This document shows, in pieces, positions 17,383-26,119 of a stretch of DNA of 64,000 bases (positions are counted from its first letter, which is position 1; each line of letters opens with the position of its first letter). The notes beneath the pieces are model-generated. The model was not told the origin of the DNA and made no database searches. It was given only the letters and a program-made list of their open reading frames with translations. This DNA is from an uncultured Bacteroidales bacterium (GTDB lineage: Bacteria; Bacteroidota; Bacteroidia; Bacteroidales; B18-G4): positions 21,194-85,193 of the forward strand of contig CAZHFC010000007.1 of the NCBI GenBank assembly GCA_964531985.1, in the 5' to 3' direction. The position numbers and the translations under genes were made by a program.

Positions 17383-17947
17383 GTTGGGTCAAAAATTCCG
17401 AAACCACACGGATGGCTTCTGCTGTTGCTTTTTTTATATCATCATTAACGATGATCAGGTCGAAATCACGGGCCAGTTCCATCTCCTGTTTTGCCTTTCC
17501 GATGCGCCTGGCGATGTTCTCTTCCGAGTCGGTCATCCGCTTGCGCAACCTTTCTTCGAGCACTTCAAGCGAGGGGGGCATCACGAAGATAGCCAGCGAT
17601 TCCTCAGGATACTGCCTTTTGATATTGAGCCCCCCGTAAACATCCACGTCGAAGATCACATGCCGGCCTGACCGGCGGATGCGTTCCACTTCAGGTTTGA
17701 GTGTGCCGTAGAAATGATCCTTGTAAACTTCTTCCCACTCGAGGAATGCCCCTTCGGCAATTTTCCGGCGAAAGCCATCAATCCCCAGAAAATAGTAATC
17801 ACGTCCGTCAACTTCCTTATTTCTTTTGGGCCGGCTGCATGCCGAAACCGAAAACTCCAGTCCGAGCCCCGCAGCCAGCAGGGCATGAACCAGGGTGGTC
17901 TTGCCTGCCCCCGAAGGAGCCGATATGATCAGCAGTTTGCCTTTCAT
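17375..17947 (-). CDS. gmk: Guanylate kinase
   Basis: P-loop SAPSGAGKTTL, SCSRPKRNKEVDGRDYYF, 190 aa. Overlaps nadD by 8 nt. Confidence 0.9.
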   Translation of the reverse strand: MKGKLLIISAPSGAGKTTLVHALLAAGLGLEFSVSACSRPKRNKEVDGRDYYFLGIDGFRRKIAEGAFLEWEEVYKDHFYGTLKPEVERIRRSGRHVIFDVDVYGGLNIKRQYPEESLAIFVMPPSLEVLEERLRKRMTDSEENIARRIGKAKQEMELARDFDLIIVNDDIKKATAEAIRVVSEFLTQHA

Positions 17948-18822
17948 CAGAGAATATTGAACAATTGTTCCTTTATCTTTTCAAGCTCGTCTTTCATCAA
18001 TACCACGATGTGCTGGATGTGGGCATCATTGGCCTTCGATCCCAGGGTGTTGATCTCCCTACCCATTTCCTGTGAAATGAACGACAACTTTTTCCCGTTC
18101 GATCCGTTTTCCTGCATGGTTTCCAGAAAATAGGCGCAGTGTTTCTCCAACCTGACCTTTTCCTCGTTGATGTCAAATTTCTCAAGGTAATAGATGATCT
18201 CCTGTTCGAAACGGTTGGCATCGATACTGTTTTGTTTCTGCAAATCCTCGAATTGTCTGTTGAGCCGTTCCCGAAGCCTGCCGATGCGTTCATCTTCGAA
18301 AGGCTTGATCTCACCGAGTAAACGCTGGATGGTATTTACCCGGTTGATCAGGTCTTTTTCGAGGGCGCCCCCTTCATGCTCCCTGAAGATGTTCAGGCTT
18401 TCGATGGCACCATTTACGGCTGTCCGGAGCTTTTCCCATTCCTCTTCGCTCAGTTCGGGCTGTCCGGCTTTGAGAACATCCGGCATCCTCACCAGCGTAC
18501 CGATCACTTCTGCATTGATCGCCAGCCCCAGTTCTCCGGCCAGGGTTTTGATCTCTTTATAATAGGCACGGGCAATGTCGCGGTTGAAGGTATATTGCGG
18601 GGCTTCTTCATCGGTGTCGACACTTACGCTGAGTTCAACCTTTCCCCTTTCCAGGCCTGAAATCAATATGAGCCTGATCTCCGATTCCTTTTCACGATAC
18701 AGATGTGGCAGGCGGAAACCGGCATCAAACTGCTTGCTGTTCAGTGACCGTATTTCAACCGTGATGCGCTTCCCGGGCATCTCCACATTACATTTGCCAT
18801 AACCTGTCATGGATCTGATCAT
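17947..18822 (-). CDS. yicC: YicC family stress-induced protein
   Basis: MIRSMTGYG N-terminus and EMGREINTLGSKAND C-terminal signature of YicC/DUF1732. 291 aa. Confidence 0.85.
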   Translation of the reverse strand: MIRSMTGYGKCNVEMPGKRITVEIRSLNSKQFDAGFRLPHLYREKESEIRLILISGLERGKVELSVSVDTDEEAPQYTFNRDIARAYYKEIKTLAGELGLAINAEVIGTLVRMPDVLKAGQPELSEEEWEKLRTAVNGAIESLNIFREHEGGALEKDLINRVNTIQRLLGEIKPFEDERIGRLRERLNRQFEDLQKQNSIDANRFEQEIIYYLEKFDINEEKVRLEKHCAYFLETMQENGSNGKKLSFISQEMGREINTLGSKANDAHIQHIVVLMKDELEKIKEQLFNIL

Positions 18823-18937
18823 AAGGCGTTATTTTTTACCAAAGATACAGAGTCTCCGCCGTAATCCCAAAACTTTTACACATGAAGACTTTTGGCAATT
18901 ACCGGAAATTGATTAATTTGCGGTGTAATTAAACCCT

Positions 18938-21877
18938 ATGAATCGCCCGGTGAAATACTTTTTCATCCTTATAATGCTATGCCTTGTTTCCCTGATCCTG
19001 CCGGCGCAGGAACCCGTATTTACAAATTTTTCGGAAGAGGAAGGCCTGCCGGGGAGAGATGTTTATGATATCCTCAATGCCAGAAACGGATATTTATGGT
19101 TTGCCACCGACAATGGCGTGTGCCGCTACGATGGGAATGAATTTGTAAATTACAGCGTTTCGGAAGGCCTGCCGGTCAATGCCATTCTTAAGCTGAGCGA
19201 AGATTCCCTTGGCCGCATCTGGTTCCTGGGTTACAATGGCTCATTGAGCTATTATAATGAGTGTGAAGGGATCACTGCCTGTGCCTTTAACGATACCATC
19301 GTGAAATACTTTACCGATAATTACCTCGATAATATTGATATTTATCCAGGTGATGGTATGCTCATAGCACCCAGGCGGGGAGGTGCCGCATTTATTGATC
19401 AGTCAGGAAAGATCTACCTGAAGTCTGACATAACGGATCCGCTGAAGATCGACTCCTGTTATTTGTATTTTACTGACCGTGGCGACCAGCACTTTATTAC
19501 CCTGGTAACCGGCAAGCCCGGGGGCCTTCATTCGGATGGGTTACTGGCATATGCGCCCAGTGGTTATTACCTGAAGGTGGAATACAGCAGCCGGCAGTTT
19601 CACAGGAACTATCTTCGTGCCGGCAACGACGAATATGTGGTCAGCTATCGCGACATGGCATATTATATCAGGGACCGGAAGATCGTGTCGAAACGTAAGT
19701 TCAGCCATGAGGTGGTTTCACTGTACCTGGATACCCGGAGACACCTGTGGGTGAGCCTGAAATCCGATCAAGGCGTGTATGTATTTGACCACATTTCCAT
19801 GCTGGGCCCTAAAAAACAATATATGCAAGGGCATGCTGTTACCAGGGTGATGCAGGACAGGGAGGGCAATTACTGGTTCAGCACCGAGGGCGACGGGCTT
19901 TTTTTTGTCCCCGACTTCAATTTTAAGCGTTATACCCCTGCAGATAAAGAGCGCCAGCTGAAAGTGATGGCCATGGCCATTTCGGGGCAGCGACTGTTTT
20001 TTACCACACGCAATAAAATGCTTTTTTCCGGACGATTGCACTTCGGGGAGATCTCAAAAATACGACCCATCGATATCGGTGAACCACTGAACTGGATCAA
20101 ATATATCGCCCTTGACGGGCAGGGATATTTATGGTTGTCGTCGACCGAATATCTCAGATATGATCCTGCCGGTTTTCCGCGTCCGCCCGACACGGTTTTG
20201 GATGCCATTTGTATTGCACGGGGCCGCGATAATACAATCATTGTCGGCAGCAGGAATCTGGGTTTTTATAAAGATGGCCGGCTGGTGGATCTCAGCGAAA
20301 CAGACCATCGGAAAAGGATATATGCCATCTGTGAGGACCATGACGAAACCATATGGCTCGGAACCTTATATGGTTTATATGCATTCGGGAATGGTGAATT
20401 CCTGTCGAAAACACATCTGCATTCCCGCTTGAATGAAAGGATCAGTTGTATTGAGAGGACAGGCGATATGCTCCTTGTGGGTACAGCGGCGCACGGGTTG
20501 ACAGGAGTGAGGAATGATATGCCGGTCATGCACTTAAACAGCCGGAATGGTCTGACCGGTGACGAGATCCGTTCCCTCTTTGTGCAAAACGATTCGGTTT
20601 TTTGGGTAGGCACACGGAAAGGCCTGAACAGATGCTGTATCAAATCCGCTACGGACAGTATTGCCATTGAACGTTTCTGGCAAAGCGACGGCCTGCCTTC
20701 CGACGAGATCAATGCCATTGGTATGCATGGGGGGCATATGTGGCTGGCAACCGGCAACGGGCTGGTGTCATTTGACCCCCTCCGGCTTACGTCAAACCTG
20801 GTGGCACCCCTCATCCAGATTAACAGCATCAGGATCATGGGCAGGGATGTTGAAATAAAAGATCAGTATGTGCTTGAACACGACCAGAACGATATCAGGA
20901 TCTCATTCAGCGGGATCGGTTTTCGCTCCGCGGGTAAAATGATGTTTCGCTATTGTATGTTCAACCTGAATGACGAGATCATAGAAACCAGGAACCAGTG
21001 GGTCAATTTTTCAAACCTTGCTCCCGGCGATTACAATTTTTTTCTGAATGTGGCCAATGCAAACGGCGTCTGGAATGAAAAACCACGGAGCATCCGCTTC
21101 ACCATTAAAAAGCATTATACCGGTACAGTCTGGTTCATAATCCTGCTCATCCTCGTTACTTCATCCATATTTGTCGCGGCAGCCTTGTTTTTCCAGCGGC
21201 AGAGAAAAATGAAGGAAATGGTCAGACACGATCTCACCCTGATGGAACAGAAGCTGTTCAGGCTGCAAATGAATCCGCATTTTGTGTTCAATGCCCTGCT
21301 GGCCATACAGGGCTTCATGTACCAGAATCAGGCCAGGGAGGCCGCACGTTATCTGACCAGCTTTGCCAAACTGATCAGGCACACACTGTATGGATCAAGC
21401 GAGGAATATATTCCGCTCAACCAGGAGATCGAAGCGCTTACCTATTACATCGAATTGCAGCAACTGCGCTTCAACGAATACTTTTCATTCAAGATCGAAA
21501 CAGATCCGGAATTGATCGCCGAATCAGTTCGCGTCCCGTCACTCATGATACAGCCCTTTATCGAAAATGCCATTGAACATGGCCTGCAGCACAGGGAAAG
21601 CAAAGGGATGCTTTATCTTCGCTTTAAGATGTCCGGCTATGATTTAATGGTTGAGGTAGAGGATAACGGGATCGGACGGGAGGAAGCCGCCAAAAGGCAA
21701 AATGAAAAGGGCGCACTGCATAAGTCGCTGGGACTTGAAATCCTTTCGAAAAGGATCAGGTCACTTAACCTTATACAGACCGGCAAGATCCTGCTCGAGA
21801 TCATTGACCTGAAAGACGTGCAGGGAAAGGCTTCCGGGACACTGGTACGGATCATCATGCCCGTAAAGGAAAACTGA
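18938..21877 (+). CDS. Sensor histidine kinase: periplasmic two-component-regulator propeller repeats plus Y_Y_Y domain, TM helix, LytS/YehU-type His_kinase and HATPase domains
   Basis: Signal/TM N-terminus. Repeated GLPxxxV/I...D..G.LW..T..GL propeller motifs. TM WFIILLILVTSSIFVAAALFF. MNPHFVFNALLAIQGFM (LytS-type H-box region). DNGIGREE ATPase motif. Confidence 0.85.
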   Translation: MNRPVKYFFILIMLCLVSLILPAQEPVFTNFSEEEGLPGRDVYDILNARNGYLWFATDNGVCRYDGNEFVNYSVSEGLPVNAILKLSEDSLGRIWFLGYNGSLSYYNECEGITACAFNDTIVKYFTDNYLDNIDIYPGDGMLIAPRRGGAAFIDQSGKIYLKSDITDPLKIDSCYLYFTDRGDQHFITLVTGKPGGLHSDGLLAYAPSGYYLKVEYSSRQFHRNYLRAGNDEYVVSYRDMAYYIRDRKIVSKRKFSHEVVSLYLDTRRHLWVSLKSDQGVYVFDHISMLGPKKQYMQGHAVTRVMQDREGNYWFSTEGDGLFFVPDFNFKRYTPADKERQLKVMAMAISGQRLFFTTRNKMLFSGRLHFGEISKIRPIDIGEPLNWIKYIALDGQGYLWLSSTEYLRYDPAGFPRPPDTVLDAICIARGRDNTIIVGSRNLGFYKDGRLVDLSETDHRKRIYAICEDHDETIWLGTLYGLYAFGNGEFLSKTHLHSRLNERISCIERTGDMLLVGTAAHGLTGVRNDMPVMHLNSRNGLTGDEIRSLFVQNDSVFWVGTRKGLNRCCIKSATDSIAIERFWQSDGLPSDEINAIGMHGGHMWLATGNGLVSFDPLRLTSNLVAPLIQINSIRIMGRDVEIKDQYVLEHDQNDIRISFSGIGFRSAGKMMFRYCMFNLNDEIIETRNQWVNFSNLAPGDYNFFLNVANANGVWNEKPRSIRFTIKKHYTGTVWFIILLILVTSSIFVAAALFFQRQRKMKEMVRHDLTLMEQKLFRLQMNPHFVFNALLAIQGFMYQNQAREAARYLTSFAKLIRHTLYGSSEEYIPLNQEIEALTYYIELQQLRFNEYFSFKIETDPELIAESVRVPSLMIQPFIENAIEHGLQHRESKGMLYLRFKMSGYDLMVEVEDNGIGREEAAKRQNEKGALHKSLGLEILSKRIRSLNLIQTGKILLEIIDLKDVQGKASGTLVRIIMPVKEN

Positions 21878-21989
21878 AAAGTTTATGGCATGATAAAGCA
21901 GGATTACGGGCGGAAAGAGGAATAATGATCCCGATATTGATTATATTTATCAACCGAATATATCATTACAAAACAAAAAGTCCTGAAAA

Positions 21990-22739
21990 ATGATAAAGAC
22001 TGTGATCATCGACGATGAAGAAAAGGCGCGTGAATCGATAAGGAATATGCTAAAGACCTATTGCCCGGAAGTGAGCGTGATCGCTACTGCCGGAAGCGTG
22101 AAGGAAGGGGTTGAGGTTTTACGTACCCATAAACCGGATCTGCTGTTGCTGGATATTAAAATGGGCGATGGCACCGGTTTCGACCTGCTGAAAAAAATAC
22201 GGAACAATAACTTTTTTCTGATCTTCATCACTGCCTTCGAAGAATTTGCCATCAGGGCCATCAAGTTCAGTGCCCTGGATTATATCCTCAAACCCATCGA
22301 CCCGGACGAGCTGATAAACGCCGTTGAAAAGGTTGGCGCCAGGATCGAAAAGGAAAATATCGGCCTGCGCCTCAAAGCCCTGTACGAAAACCTCGATGCC
22401 CTGCAGAACCATTCGAAAAAGATCGTTTTAAAGGCGGCCGACAGCGTTCATGTGATGCCTGTGAGTGATATTGTGCGTTGCGAATCGGAAAAGAATACCA
22501 CACATTTCTTTACCGGCGGCGGAGATATGATCACGGTGCCGAAAAGCCTGAAAGAATACAGCGAATTGCTGCAGGAATACAACTTTCTTAGGGTGCACCA
22601 GTCGCACCTTGTCAACCTTTTGCATGTCAGGCGCTATGAAAAGGCCGGCAGCGGATCCCTCGTTATGGTTGATGGCTCACGCGTGCCGGTTTCCTTCAGG
22701 AAAAAGGAGGAACTGATGAAGTTGTTCAAAAGCCTGTAA
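21990..22739 (+). CDS. LytR/AlgR family response regulator (receiver plus LytTR DNA-binding domain)
   Basis: VIIDDEE...PDLLLLDIKMGDGTGFDL receiver. C-terminal FLRVHQSHLVNL LytTR signature. Confidence 0.9.
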   Translation: MIKTVIIDDEEKARESIRNMLKTYCPEVSVIATAGSVKEGVEVLRTHKPDLLLLDIKMGDGTGFDLLKKIRNNNFFLIFITAFEEFAIRAIKFSALDYILKPIDPDELINAVEKVGARIEKENIGLRLKALYENLDALQNHSKKIVLKAADSVHVMPVSDIVRCESEKNTTHFFTGGGDMITVPKSLKEYSELLQEYNFLRVHQSHLVNLLHVRRYEKAGSGSLVMVDGSRVPVSFRKKEELMKLFKSL

Positions 22740-22745
22740 AACTTA

Positions 22746-23843
22746 ATGCCGGATGTGATGGAACACGCTCAGTATAAAACGGAACGACCGGTATTTTTCG
22801 ACGACCCGTGGCGGTTTTATAATGCCATGCTCGACGATCTGGCTTTGGCAAAAACAAGTATTTGCCTCGAAACCTATAAGTTTGGCAACGACAACATCGG
22901 CGAACGCTTCAGGGATGTGCTTACACGAAAGGCCAGGGAAGGGGTAAAAGTAAAAATTCTGATCGACTCATGGGGAGCCGGACCATCGCATTCCTTTTTC
23001 CGGGAATTGCTGCAGCATGGCGGGGAAGTACGCTTTTTTATGAAAATTAAGTTTTTCTGGGATTTTTTTACCCGGAACCACCGGCGTAACCACCGCAAGC
23101 TGCTGCTGATCGACAATAACATTTCTTACATTGGTTCGGCCAACATTACCGGATACTCGCTGAACTGGTGCGAATCGGTACTGCGCATTGCCGATGCCGA
23201 CCTGAACAAGCATTTCACAAGGATCTTTATGACCGACTTCAGGATGTACAAGCGTTATGTGTTTAACAGGCCTGAGCTGACCCGTCTGATCCGTTGCGGG
23301 GATTACGAGATCCTGCGCGATGTGCCTTCCATCACCCGGCAAAGGATTAAAAAACGCTATGAAAAACTGATCCGTAACGCCAAACAAAGGGTGGTGATAG
23401 AAACTCCCTATTTCCTGCCCGGCTTCCTGCTCAGAAAAGCCATGAGCGATGCCGTAAAAAGGGGCGTCGACATCACGGTGATCATCCCCCTGAATTCCGA
23501 TGTGCAGCTTGTCGACATCGTGCGCGGACGATACCTGGGGATGCTGCATAAGAATGGCGTAAATTTCCGCCTTTTCTACCCGAATAACCTGCATGCGAAA
23601 ATGATGATGGTCGATAATAAAGTGTATTCGGTAGGTTCGCCGAATTTCGACTATCGCAGTTTCAGGTACCAGCATGAAATAATTCTGGTGGGCAGGGATG
23701 AAGAAACCGTCAGCCAGGTGAAAGAACATATTGCGCGCTGTCTTGATAACAGCGCACCCTTCGACTATGAAGGGTGGAAAAACCGTCCTTTCATGCAACG
23801 GGTCTTCGAATGGGTATTTCTCCCCTTCAGGCATCTTCTTTGA
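22746..23843 (+). CDS. Phospholipase D / cardiolipin synthase-like protein (two HKD motifs)
   Basis: HRKLLLIDNNISYIGSANI and HAKMMMVDNKVYSVGSPNFD (HxK(x)4D). Starts 6 nt after the response regulator stop. Confidence 0.8.
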   Translation: MPDVMEHAQYKTERPVFFDDPWRFYNAMLDDLALAKTSICLETYKFGNDNIGERFRDVLTRKAREGVKVKILIDSWGAGPSHSFFRELLQHGGEVRFFMKIKFFWDFFTRNHRRNHRKLLLIDNNISYIGSANITGYSLNWCESVLRIADADLNKHFTRIFMTDFRMYKRYVFNRPELTRLIRCGDYEILRDVPSITRQRIKKRYEKLIRNAKQRVVIETPYFLPGFLLRKAMSDAVKRGVDITVIIPLNSDVQLVDIVRGRYLGMLHKNGVNFRLFYPNNLHAKMMMVDNKVYSVGSPNFDYRSFRYQHEIILVGRDEETVSQVKEHIARCLDNSAPFDYEGWKNRPFMQRVFEWVFLPFRHLL

Positions 23844-23971
23844 ATGTGCAGCCTGCCTGACCCTGCCAGGTTTTTTTATTGAACTTTGCTGCATTTATAC
23901 CGGTCCTAAAGTGGTTCGTCCCCAAAATATCATTACCTTTGCAGGGAGTAAAACCATTAAAAACTAAAGTG

Positions 23972-25204
23972 ATGCGTGAACAAAAAGCTGAAATTATGAC
24001 ATCTGCAAAAGCCATTGAACTTGAAGATAAATACGGTGCCCATAACTATCATCCGCTCCCTGTGGTGCTGGCCCGTGGCGAAGGTATTTTTGTATGGGAC
24101 GTTGAGGGGAAGAGGTATTTCGATTTTCTGTCGGCCTACTCGGCCGTGAACCAGGGTCACTGCCACCCGAAGATCGTTGATGCCCTTGCAGAACAGGCCC
24201 GCACGCTCACACTTACCTCAAGGGCATTCTACAATGATGTGCTGGGGGTTTATGAAAAGTATATCTGTGAGTATTTTGGGTATGATAAGGTGCTTCCGAT
24301 GAACACGGGCGCCGAAGGCGATGAAACCGCACTCAAACTTGCCCGCCGCTGGGGATACGATAAAAAAGGCATTCCCGAAAACCAGGCCAGGATCATTGTT
24401 TGTGAAAATAATTTCCATGGCAGAACCATCACGGTCATCTCCATGTCAACCGATCCCGATGCACGCGGCGGCTTCGGGCCCTACACGCCCGGATTCGTTA
24501 CGGTACCATACAATGACCTTAAGGCACTTGAAAAGGAACTTGCCCATCCTCATGTGGCCGGCTTTCTGGTCGAACCCATACAGGGGGAGGCAGGGGTTTA
24601 CGTACCTGACGACGGCTATCTTTCAAAGGCCTACCGGCTGTGTAAAGAAAACAATGTGTTGTTTATCGCAGATGAAGTACAGACCGGTATTGCCCGTACC
24701 GGTAAGCTCCTTGCATGTGATCATGAGGATGTTCGCCCCGATATTCTAATTCTGGGAAAAGCCCTTTCAGGCGGCGTGTATCCCGTCAGCGCCGTTTTGG
24801 CCGATGATGAGGTGATGCTGTGTATCAAGCCCGGTCAGCACGGATCCACTTTCGGCGGTAACCCGCTGGCCTCAAAAGTCGCTGTGGCAGCACTGGAAGT
24901 GGTCAGGGAGGAAAAGCTGGCCGAAAACGCCACACGACTGGGTGAGGTCTTCAGGAATGAAATGAAAAAGATACAGTCGGATATGATCGAGACCGTACGC
25001 GGGAAAGGCCTGCTGAATGCCATCGTTATCAGGCCCAAAGGCGATAAAACCGCCTGGGACGTTTGCCTGAAGATGAAAGAAAACGGCCTGCTGGCAAAAC
25101 CCACCCATAACCATATCATCAGATTCGCTCCTCCACTGGTCATCACCGAAGAACAATTGCGCGAAGCGATCGGACTGATCAGGGATTCTATCCTTTCTTT
25201 CTGA
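23972..25204 (+). CDS. rocD: Ornithine--oxo-acid aminotransferase
   Basis: [50 protein letters not shown] and class-III aminotransferase motif [12 protein letters not shown]. The ATG at 23972 is preferred over the extended track start at 23879. Confidence 0.85.
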   Translation: MREQKAEIMTSAKAIELEDKYGAHNYHPLPVVLARGEGIFVWDVEGKRYFDFLSAYSAVNQGHCHPKIVDALAEQARTLTLTSRAFYNDVLGVYEKYICEYFGYDKVLPMNTGAEGDETALKLARRWGYDKKGIPENQARIIVCENNFHGRTITVISMSTDPDARGGFGPYTPGFVTVPYNDLKALEKELAHPHVAGFLVEPIQGEAGVYVPDDGYLSKAYRLCKENNVLFIADEVQTGIARTGKLLACDHEDVRPDILILGKALSGGVYPVSAVLADDEVMLCIKPGQHGSTFGGNPLASKVAVAALEVVREEKLAENATRLGEVFRNEMKKIQSDMIETVRGKGLLNAIVIRPKGDKTAWDVCLKMKENGLLAKPTHNHIIRFAPPLVITEEQLREAIGLIRDSILSF

Positions 25205-25261
25205 CAACGAAGGCCTGGAACCGCCCTTCGTCCTCAGCAGCCATTGTAGATTGTACCAAAA

Positions 25262-25301
25262 TAAAAAAAAAGCCCTCCGGAAGGATCCGGAAGGGCTTTT
25301 T
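25262..25301. terminator. Bidirectional rho-independent terminator between convergent rocD and SOD genes
   Basis: AGCCCTCCGG (25271-25280) pairs with CCGGAAGGGCT (25287-25297): 10 bp with one bulged A and a 6-nt loop. Flanked by an A-run (25263-25270) and a T-run (25297-25301). Confidence 0.65.
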
Positions 25302-25367
25302 GCAATTAACCCAAATCAAAATTGCTATTAAAAAATAGCATCGCCTATGAAAATAGAGACGCTCTTA

Positions 25368-25976
25368 TCACGCTTTTTCAAGGTTTTTGGCAACGGCCTC
25401 CCAGTTCACTACATTCCAGAAAGCATCAATATACTCGGGCCTGCGGTTCTGATATTTCAGATAATATGCATGTTCCCATACATCAAGCCCCAGAATGGGA
25501 GTCCCCTTGCAGTCGGTTACGTTCATCAGCGGGTTATCCTGGTTGGGCGTGGAACAAACCTCCAGTTTGCCCGAGCTGTTCAGGCATAACCAGGCCCAAC
25601 CGCTGCCAAAACGGTTTGCGGCCGCATCGCTGAATGACTCTTTGAAAATGGTGAAGGATCCGAATGCCTGGTCGATCTCTTCCATCAACCTGCCGGCAGG
25701 TTCCCCGCCACCATTGCCGCTCATCACGCTCCAGAAAAGCTCATGATTGAAGTATCCGCCACCGTTGTTTCTTACAGCAGCAGACTGATTGCCGATGTCG
25801 GCAAATATGCTTTTCAGGTCTTTGTCGGACAGGGGAGTGCCATCAATGGCCGCCATGAACTTATCATAATATGCCCTGTGGTGTTTGGTGTAATGGATCT
25901 CCATCGTCCTGGCATCAATATAGGGCTCCAGGGCGTTGAAATCGTATGGTAAATCTTTAAAATCAAACTTGCTCAT
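25368..25976 (-). CDS. Fe/Mn superoxide dismutase
   Basis: [26 protein letters not shown]-terminus, [19 protein letters not shown]-terminal signature. 202 aa. Confidence 0.9.
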   Translation of the reverse strand: MSKFDFKDLPYDFNALEPYIDARTMEIHYTKHHRAYYDKFMAAIDGTPLSDKDLKSIFADIGNQSAAVRNNGGGYFNHELFWSVMSGNGGGEPAGRLMEEIDQAFGSFTIFKESFSDAAANRFGSGWAWLCLNSSGKLEVCSTPNQDNPLMNVTDCKGTPILGLDVWEHAYYLKYQNRRPEYIDAFWNVVNWEAVAKNLEKA

Positions 25977-26119
25977 TGTTCCTTGAATTTATTAATTTGT
26001 AATCAGTCTAAATAACAACAAGTGTCTTGAAATGTTCAATCAGGAAGTTTGTTTTTTTTAGGAAATTTACCCTGAGGGGCCTGCACCGGCTTGCGCAGGC
26101 CGGATGCTTTGCAGGTGGC

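Noticed and set aside
22968-23894. 308-aa minus-strand ORF antisense to the PLD-family gene
   Set aside because: The plus strand carries two clean HKD motifs, while the minus-strand translation is motif-free. The same reasoning rejects the other long antisense ORFs: 7615-8310, 11013-11603, 14698-15456, 26879-27844, 28648-29310, 36590-37210, 39749-40468, 41351-42424, 43345-44166, 48611-49258 and 51551-52246.
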